Shown here piece by piece: positions 1-9,600 of a DNA stretch of 64,000 bases (the stretch's first letter is position 1; each line of letters begins with the position of its first letter). The notes under the pieces are model-generated. The model was given only the letters and a program-made list of their open reading frames with translations. It did no database searches and was not told where the DNA came from. Source of the stretch: Ascidiella aspersa. Lineage: Eukaryota. Location of the stretch: the NCBI GenBank assembly GCA_963924565.1, contig OZ004610.1:33418001-33482000 (forward strand), given 5' to 3'. Made by a program: the position numbers and the translations under genes.

Positions 1-640
1 TCTGGTGATGGTTACACTTGTTCAGATATTAATGAGTGTACTAATGCTTCAAATTTATGTCATTCAAATGCAACTTGCACCAACACAGATGGTAGTTACA
101 CTTGTGCCTGCGAGACCGGTTATTCTGGTGATGGTTACACTTGTTCAGATATTAATGAGTGTACTAATGCTTCAAATTCTTGTAATTCAAATGCAACTTG
201 CACCAACACAGATGGTAGTTACACTTGTGCCTGCAAGACCGGTTATTCTGGTGATGGTTACACTTGTTCAGATATTAATGAGTGTACTAATGCTTCAAAT
301 TCTTGTAATTCAAATGCAACTTGCACCAACACAGATGGTAGTTACACTTGTGCCTGCGAGACCGGTTATTCTGGTGATGGTTACACTTGTTCAGATATAA
401 ATGAGTGTACTAATGCTTCAAATTTATGCCATTCAAATGCAACTTGCACCAATACAGATGGTAGTTACACTTGTGCCTGCAAGACTGGTTATTCTGGTGA
501 TGGTTACACTTGTTCAGATATTAATGAGTGCACCAATACTTCAAATTCTTGTCATTCAAATGCAAATTGCACCAACACAGATGGTAGTTACACTTGTGCC
601 TGCAAGACTGGTTATACTGGCGATGGTTTCAATTGTTCAG
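1..640 (+). CDS. Exon: five-plus near-identical 41-aa calcium-binding EGF repeats ([41 protein letters not shown])
   Basis: Frame +1 is open. 123-bp units start at 25, 148, 271, 394 and 517 with the cbEGF consensus. Donor cag|gtattt at 640/641. Confidence 0.93.
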
Positions 641-3600
641 GTATTTTAAAATAAATATTTAATGTTTAGCTTGAATGCTGAGTGTTTATGACTAATGATT
701 ATCTATTGTTTTTCAGTAATTATTACACCGGTCTTGTTCATTGAAAGCATAAGTAATGTATCATTTATTGTGAGATTTTTGGCATTTGATGCAAGATTCA
801 TTCAAGAGGTATTGCTTGTGTTATTCTTTTTTAATATTGATATCTGATTTTAATTTGTTTTAGTTTTGTGTATTTAAAGGATTAAATAATTGTTTTGTTT
901 GAATTGCTTTTTTGTTATTTTTTTTTTGTAAAATTAACTTCCATTTCATTCCATTTAGTTTTGTGATAACCATTTCGTCAAAACTGTAAGATCTGGTTAA
1001 ACTTTTTAGATGTAATATTTTATTAAAGCTATATGTAGGAATTGAGGCTTATGTTACTTAATTGAGTCTAGAGTTCAATTGCTTGCACATTACCAAGTTC
1101 TGAAGTGCTAAGTATATTGTAGATATTTAAGGGGAAATGTCATGGCGTATTGTGGGTGATGATAGACATGACATCCTTGTCACTTTATTTGGTTTGATGG
1201 ATGGTTGATTAAAAAACAGTTGTATTGTTCAAAGTTCAACCGGAGTGTTGTCAAACCAACTGCTCAGCCATAAGTTTACAAAGCGGTCTTGTGTTGTAAA
1301 ATTAAAATTCTAAAATTTACAACTTTGTATTTAAAAAAAAATAAAGTGTAGTTTTACCTAATACACCGAAAGCCATTGCAGACTCACCGAATCTGTCGAT
1401 CAATGATGCAAGAAGGAAAGGCTAGAAAAACAACTAGCCTGCAGTGAGGTTGAACTCACGACCTCCGGTCATACCGGGACCGTCGTTCTACACACTGAGC
1501 TCGAGAAACAGCCATACGCCGTGCTTGCGTATGGCTTGCGTACAGGATGAGAAAGCATTGGCGTATGGTTGTTTTTCGACTACTCTCTGAACCTGCATAG
1601 CTCAGTTTGTAGAGCAACGGTCGCGGTATGACCGAGGTTGTTAGTTTGAACCTCACTGCAGGCTAGTTGTTTTTCTAGCCTGCCCTGCTTGCATCATTGA
1701 TCGACAAAATAAGTTAATATGCAATGGCTTTTGGTGTACTAATTATTCGTAAGCTGTAATCGTTGGTCAAAAAGCAGCTTCAGAAGGGCCAGATCTCAGT
1801 TGTTAACACACATATGTATGTGCATGTTTCATTGAATAGTTTCGCCTAATTTTGGTTTTTCAGATTGCCATTGCGAATCTTGCGACTGGTTCAATTGCTT
1901 TCTATAATTCAAATGGTGCGAGTGTTTTTGTGGTTAATTTAACACCTGCAACCAATTACTCTATCATTGCATCAGTGGTCGGCCATGCAATCACCAGTGA
2001 CATGAAGTTTCAAATTACGAGTAGGAATACAAACTCTTGTTAAAAAACGTTTAATATTATAGTTGCTGTAAATATGCTGTTTCTAACAGGCATAGTATGC
2101 GGCAAATGAGCTCTTCTGGCATATATTTGCTTGTCCAACGTTTCGGCCAACTATACGGAAAGCCTTCATCATGGAATGACATACATGGCCAACAAGACGC
2201 ATAAAGGCTTTTCGTATAGTTAGCAGAAACGTAGGACCAGTAAATATATGCCAAGAGAGCTTATTTTCAGTATAGTTGCTGTAAATTTTGTAAAGTCCGG
2301 TCTGTTCTACAGTTACCTTAACACTATCTTAAAAGAGCTTTCGAATAAGTAATTAGGTTTGTCAAAACATATAATATAAACCAAAAGATTCTGTTTAGAA
2401 GTTTTAATATATTTACTTGGTTAATGCTTACTTTGAAAAGAAACTGAAAGACAAAATGTTTAGATTTTTGTCTTTTCAAAATAAAATTTTGAATTTTTGA
2501 AAGTTGGTTTTGTAGACTTATTGTTTAACAATTTTTTTTTTTTTTATTATTTTATTCATGAAATAAAATCAGTTATTCTTTGCTAGTTTTGTGGTTAAAG
2601 AAGCGTAGTATTTTGTAAAGAGATCTTATGCCATAAAGTGAATATAATATATTAACATTTAAGACATAATCAGTTCAATAGTTGCGCCACTTGTAACTGT
2701 ATTTTACTAAAAAATGTAAAATTTATATAAACTACACAAATACAAAGAATTTATATTCAAAAGTCTGTATTATGCAAAACTTTGTTATAGATATAGTACG
2801 ATGATTAAACTAAGCGTCTGAGATTTCAACATGTTAAATTTTTTTTCAGCCCCAGGTAATGTGATTGGATTTGAAACCAGTTTTGTCGGCAGCAGCTATT
2901 GTGTGGTTAGCTGGAATGCTACAGAGGGGGCTGTAACTTACCAGTTGATTGTGATTATAAAGTCTGCACGTAGAAAGAGGGCGACTGAACTGGTAAATAT
3001 ACATTCCAGGATTCAGTTTAGGCTTTTAGAACCAATTAACCTTAACTGTGTTTGTCCTTACAGGTAAAATCCAGGCGGTACTGTTGACAAATTGTCTTGT
3101 AAATCTAATTTACTAGTTGTAGCACCTACTGATTACCACTTTAATCTGAAATCACTAGCTTGAGTAAAATTACCTTTTCGCAATCGATTAAAGATAATCG
3201 GGATTTTTATATGTCAATTTTGCAGCTCGAAAATTCTTCATGCAATATCCCCGGAAGTAAACAAGACATCGATCAGAAATTTTTACACATTACTCAAAGC
3301 AATCAAACTTTTATCCAAAAAAATTATTAAAATAATAATGTTAGAATTTTGTTGATGAAGATTGATTTTTGTAATTTTTTCCTGGTTTTGAAAATTTAAA
3401 CCTGCCAAATCAAAGTTTGTTTATTTTAAACAGCAGTTTCATGGAAATGATTCCTTGAAATATAATAATTGGTGTCCCAGTTTTATCGGTTAAACCTTTC
3501 CTTCTTCACAACAGAGACTTACAGTAGCAAACTCAACATCAAAGAACATAACCGGTCTACAGGAAGGATCCTCGTACGATATTTCAGTCTCTGCTGTAAA

Positions 3601-6600
3601 CAAGGGTGGTACAGGCCCTCAAACCACAATAGCCTTAACAACAAGTAAGATTAAATATTGTCAAACTTTGATTGGACGAGAGGACAATGCTAGTTTCTCA
3701 TTGGTCGATTTGAATTGTTAAACTGACGTCACGTTTGTCAATAAAAACGTACAAAACAAACTACCCAAGAAATTAAATACAAAATGTATATGTTAACGTG
3801 AAACCAGGTGCTGTTGTTGCAAACGGTTTAGTTGTTGATTGCTAACGTGACTAGAAAAGCTGTGGCCGCCAAAAAGAGTCTTTTTATTTTAGTATATAAG
3901 CTGGCTAACTCATTCTAGTTTTACTTATTAATCCTGATGAGATCAGCTGGTATCTGCTGCCGAAACGTCGTTTTGTGCTTCGTTTACACCAGAAGGGCGA
4001 TTTCTATATATTGATATTATTAAAAGTTTAAACTCATTAAAATTATAAAAAAATCATGGCCCGTTTAGAAAACACCGTCAAGCACCTTTTATGTCAAAGG
4101 TTTAGACCAGTGATGTCCAACATTTTATTATAGTGGGCCGCATTGACACTTGAAATAATTTAATGGGCCGCAGAACCTATTAAGTTTCAAAATTAAGTAT
4201 TGTTCTTTAGAGTTATAACGGGCCTTTATAGTTATATATATATATTTTATCAGTGCACCCCTAAAGGCTGACTGGTACATTTAAATTAGGCTAATATTGA
4301 ACGTTTAAAATACTACTTGGGAGTGAAAAGGACTAGCGGGCCGCACAAAAATTTCAGACGGGCCGCAGGTTGGACATCCTTGGTTTAGACATTTCCTTTG
4401 TCTTTACAGGGCCTGGAGCATTAGATGAGATAATCAACGACTTTTACAACTGTACTTCGTTGAAAGTTTCATGGCTCGGAATTACTGGGGCCCTGACCTA
4501 CTCCATTGAACTTACAACCATAGGCTACACCAGTACATACCTAACTAACGGTAATTACTGAAATTATTACTTCTTAGTATTTCAGTATAGTGCACCTAAC
4601 AATCAAGTGCCTTTCAAATTAAAATTATTAGGCTTCATAGCACTTTGTGTACTTGAAGATGATTGTAGATTTATCTGCCGTATTTATTGTAAATATCATC
4701 ATTTTCCTTTTCTACCCTTTAAAAAGATATGCGTATTGAATTTTCACTCTTCTCTTTAAAAAATAGATTATACCAAAGTTCTGGCTTTTAAATCAAGTTA
4801 TGCTAAATTAAACCTTAATTTTAAGTCAAGTGTAAAAAATACCAATTACAACTCCATATAAGTTTGCGTATAATTTTGATATACAATGTAAGTGTATTTC
4901 CTGATGATCAGATCTTAAATTATTTTAACATCAACTATGGTATTTTTAAAAGTAACAAGTAAGCAAATAACCTTGCACATTAAGTAGTAAGAAAATCAAA
5001 GCCCACACGGAAGTAAAAAAGCCCACGCGGATGTATTGAACGTTTCGAATAACTATTTTTTTGATTTTCAACATTCTTATTGGGCTTTTCTTCTTACTAT
5101 GTCTGACTACAACCTCCAACCATTATGCTCCAAACTTACACATTCACTTTTTACCAAAATTTCAGTTAATAGTAGTGCTGTTCCTAAAGTGTTGTTCCCT
5201 GTTAATTGTTTGTACACCGAATCGCTTTACTAAAATGTTATCCATAGATTTACTATAATGTTATCAATGATGCAAGCAGGGCAGGTAAGAAAAACAACTT
5301 GCCTGCAGTGAGATTCGATCTCACGACCTCCGGTCATACCGGGACCGTTGCTCAACCAACTGAACTTCTTAGAAGGGCTAGATTACAGCTGTTGAACAAA
5401 TGCGTGTGTCTGTCTTTAATTTTGATACGTAAGCCGCAATCGTTAGTCAAAATGCAACTTTAGAAGGGCTAGATGACAGTTATTGAACCTATGTGTGCAT
5501 CATTCATTGACTGTTAATTGTTTTGTTATTTTGTCTAGGAACTACCTGGGAATGGAATGACCTGAGTAACTGCTTGAACTACACAATATCAATATCTGCT
5601 TGTAATTCATTGTGTGGTTCTCTAACTAACCTTGTGTTGACTCCAAGTAAGTGATGGCTTTGTAGAAAGGACATGGCCATTTCATCTGATATCAATATTT
5701 ATGAAACTTTAAACGAACATAGTAAAAATATCAAGTAGGTAGTGTTTTTAACGTTTCGAGTCATTTTCAACATCGATGTTGAAATCTTATGTTGAAATGA
5801 ATAAAAAGATACTCGAAACGTTCAAATGCTACCTACGTCTATATGGTATTTGACATTGATAAAATCCTTGTCCGTGTTTTTTCAAAATAAAATATAATTA
5901 TGCGTCCTGACGGCAGACTCCAAGCAACAAAATTACTTTGAAAAGGTAAATCATCACAGAAAGGTCGATATAAAACGAATACAGACATAATAAAAATAAA
6001 TAATATGCAGCGAAGTTTATTAACATTGGTTCACTCGTTTAATTCCATTCACCCAGTTGGGTTGAGTTTAAAACTAAAACCTTTTTATTAATTTTTTATT
6101 AAGGTTTTAACGGTTTTTGTTAATTGCTACATGGACTCCAGCAGTCTAAGAACAGGTTAATTTTAAATGGCACAAAATCCACTTAAAATCACAAAGATAT
6201 TGAACCTCAGACCTGATATCAGCTTCCATTCAATATAGGGCACACACCAAGGAATTTCTTATGTTTTCTTATTTCAGATTGCTGCCATAAAGATGCGCTT
6301 TGTCTGAACTGTTCTATGGGTTTTCAATGCAGATGTAGAGACGGTCTTAAAGGAAACGGTACTTTCTGCGAGGATATTGACGAATGTAGCGATGTTAGTT
6401 ACACATCGCGCTACAACGCTACTTGTAGCTCGATAACAGAGAGCTCGGTCGTGCTTCTAAACTCGAACTCAACAGATTGCGACGAAAATGCAACTTGTAG
6501 CAACATTTATTCCACATTTGAGTGCGTTTGTGAAAGTGGATTTACTGGGGATGGTTACAGTTGCTATGATATAGTTGAGTGTGACAATTTGCCTTCAGAC

Positions 6601-9600
6601 AATGCTTCGAAATGCGAGAACACAGTAGGAAGTTACATATGTAGCTGCAACGAAGGTTTTACTGGTGACACCTGTAACTGTACAGATATTAATGAGTGCG
6701 AACTGTTACCTTCTGTTTGCCCGAGTAATTCGGAATGTACAAACACATTAGGCAGCTATGAATGCTCATGTTTAAGCGGTTTTAACGGTACTAACTGTAC
6801 AGATATAAACGAATGCCTAACTAACCCATGCCCACCATTTTCAAACTGTACTAACTTACCAGGCAATTATACTTGCAACTGCTGGAAAAATTTCAAACAA
6901 AACGGTTCGGTTTGTGACGACATAAACGAATGTAACAATGCCTCTAACTTATGTCACAATAACGCCGATTGTTTTAACACAAACGGCAGTTACTGGTGCC
7001 AATGTAGACCTGGCTATTCAGGCAACGGGACGAAATGCTGGCAAATCTGCGGCCCTGGTCTTTGCCACGAGTTTGCAAACTGTACAGACGAACCTGAGGG
7101 TTACAGGTGCGAGTGCATAGCTGGGTATGAAGGCAATGGAACAGATTGTAAAGCAATTGACTATTGTGCTAGTAACGACTGTCACTTAAATGCAACCTGT
7201 ACCAGTTTGAGCAGCAGTTTTAAATGCACCTGTGATGATAATTTCGTCGGAAATGGAACTTATTGTGCCGAAATTGACTGCAAAGTCAACTCTAGCTTGT
7301 GTCACGAAAACGCTTCTTGTGTTGAATCAAACTTTAAGAACGTTTGTCGCTGCAAAGATTTTTTCACGCCAAGTGGAAGTGATTGTGTTCATTTCTGCAC
7401 TAAAGGAATTCACAATTGCCATAAGAACGCTGAATGCATAAACCAGAAGACCACATTTACTTGCAGATGCTTGGAAGGTTTTTCTGGCGATGGCGTCCAG
7501 TGTAGAACACTTACAGGCTCCTCTGGTAAGAGTATGTAAAAATATCACAAAAAATAAGCTTTTAAAGAAATTTACCACCAAGACGTAGTAAGTATATCAA
7601 AAAACAAACAGAAGTGGTAGTATTTTGAAAGTTTCGTATAAATATTTGAATAAAAAGTTATTCGAAACGTTTAAAATGCTATCTACTTCTGTATGGGCTT
7701 TGATATTCTTACCACAACCTCCAACCATTATACCACCAAGAGTTTCTCAAAGGGTTAAAAATACGCAATACAACTTTATTTATAAACATAACAATGTAGT
7801 TACGCCAAACACTAAAAATAGTTGCAAAATGTAAAGAACATTGTTTAAGTAATGCAATATTAAAAACACCATAAACTTATGTACAGTACACTGTGCACGG
7901 TTTAAATGTAGCTTATTAATGAAAATCGAAGCCAAAAAGGTCGAGTGAACCGACATCATAACAAAAGACGTTTCGATCCGCACATCATTAGTTTATGTGA
8001 CCTAAATATACGCGTCCCACCTTTTATAAGTAAAATTTGGATTTTATTTAGTCACATTATAATAATGATACAAGTGCTAATCAAAACGTCTTTACTTGAC
8101 CTTCTTGGCCTTGATATTCATTTTTAAAACACGGTAAGACCAATAACAGACATTCTTGGTACAGGAGTAATGAGAATATCAAAGCCCATACAGAAGCAGG
8201 TAGCATCTTGAACGTTTCAAATAACCCTGATTTCATTTTCAATCCTATAAACAGTTATTCGAAACGTTCGTGATACCTACTTCTGTATGGGCTTTGATAT
8301 TTTTATTACGTCTTACTACAACCTCCAACCATTACGCTCCAAAGTTGGTACAGGCGTATACCTTTTAAGACATTTTAATACCTCAATTGTTGCCTACTTT
8401 GTTAAACAGTTTATTATTGAGTTACTTATAATATTCCAAAACCTGCATTGTAACATAAAAAAATCGTGTGTCATAGAACAGAGAATGCAACACAGCTAGG
8501 TAATGACTAGATATTTACAAACCTACTTTATAATAGTTTTTACTTGATCAACTGAATGTTGTTTTTTAGTTTGGTGGATCGTCCTAATTGTACTGGCAGT
8601 CGTCATTCTAATCGCTGTCTTGATCTGCTTTGCTTTTAAAAGAAGGGTAAGCGGTAGAAATATATGGTAATAGCGGATCGGGGCCAACACCCCATTTTAA
8701 GTAGTAGTATCGGTACTAGGGATGTTCAAAGTAGAATACCAAGGTATTCTAGAATAATAGGTTTCGAATCTAGAATAACGAATCCAGAATAGCGAATCCT
8801 AGTATATTTTTATTAAATTATTTTAATTATTTAACCTCGAATTTGTTTGGGGAAGAGATTAATCTTAATCTACCCCACAGGGCCCACAATCACAGCAATA
8901 AATCGCCCAAACAATTTTCTAACATGTGTACATTATAATAAAAAAAATCTCCCATATGTTTAACATTCTTAACAACTGTCATTTAAAGCAGTTCTGTAAA
9001 CTGTTATATGTCAGTTGCCAAAACTTATATTTTTGCCAATAGTTAGTACAATGAAACACTGCACACAGAAGTCTTAAGCAATTCGGTCCTGTTTTATCAA
9101 GCATTGTTGGGTCCTAGAGCTTATTTTTTTACTAACGTGATCTGTTATGCAGTCAAATAATGTACTGCAAAGAATACAAAGTTACTATTGACTTAACGAA
9201 TTCTTGCAATTACACTGCGCCTAAGTGCATACCTCGCTGAATATTGGCCTAAAGTTGACCTTAAGTAACCCTATAGCGCATTTTGTGGACGGCCAGCACG
9301 TTTTACAACGTAATGTTACATTTGCAACTTAACGCATTTAGGGAAATTGCGAACTCCACACCAGACATTACATGTTGATCGCTTGCCCAATAACGCTTGA
9401 TTGACACTTAATTATTAGACGAACGTTATCGCGAGACGCGCTAATTGGTCGCCCGAAAAATCGCTGACAATGCACTACCAGGTTACATTTAAAGCAATCA
9501 CTCTAAATTGGTCGCCGCAACGACAGGCCAACTTACCACACGCGTTTGTGCAATTAGGCGCAACAATCCGCGGTAAAACATTAAATTATATCGGTTCCAA

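Noticed and set aside
5-649. ORF-track proteins [16 protein letters not shown]... (frame +2)
   Set aside because: Shadow frame of the cbEGF repeat; frame +1 gives canonical EGF domains and fits the splice phase.
1592-1664. Functional tRNA-Thr(GGT) gene
   Set aside because: T-arm mismatches, an extra base before the anticodon stem, no U33, and it occurs within a dispersed repeat in divergent copies.
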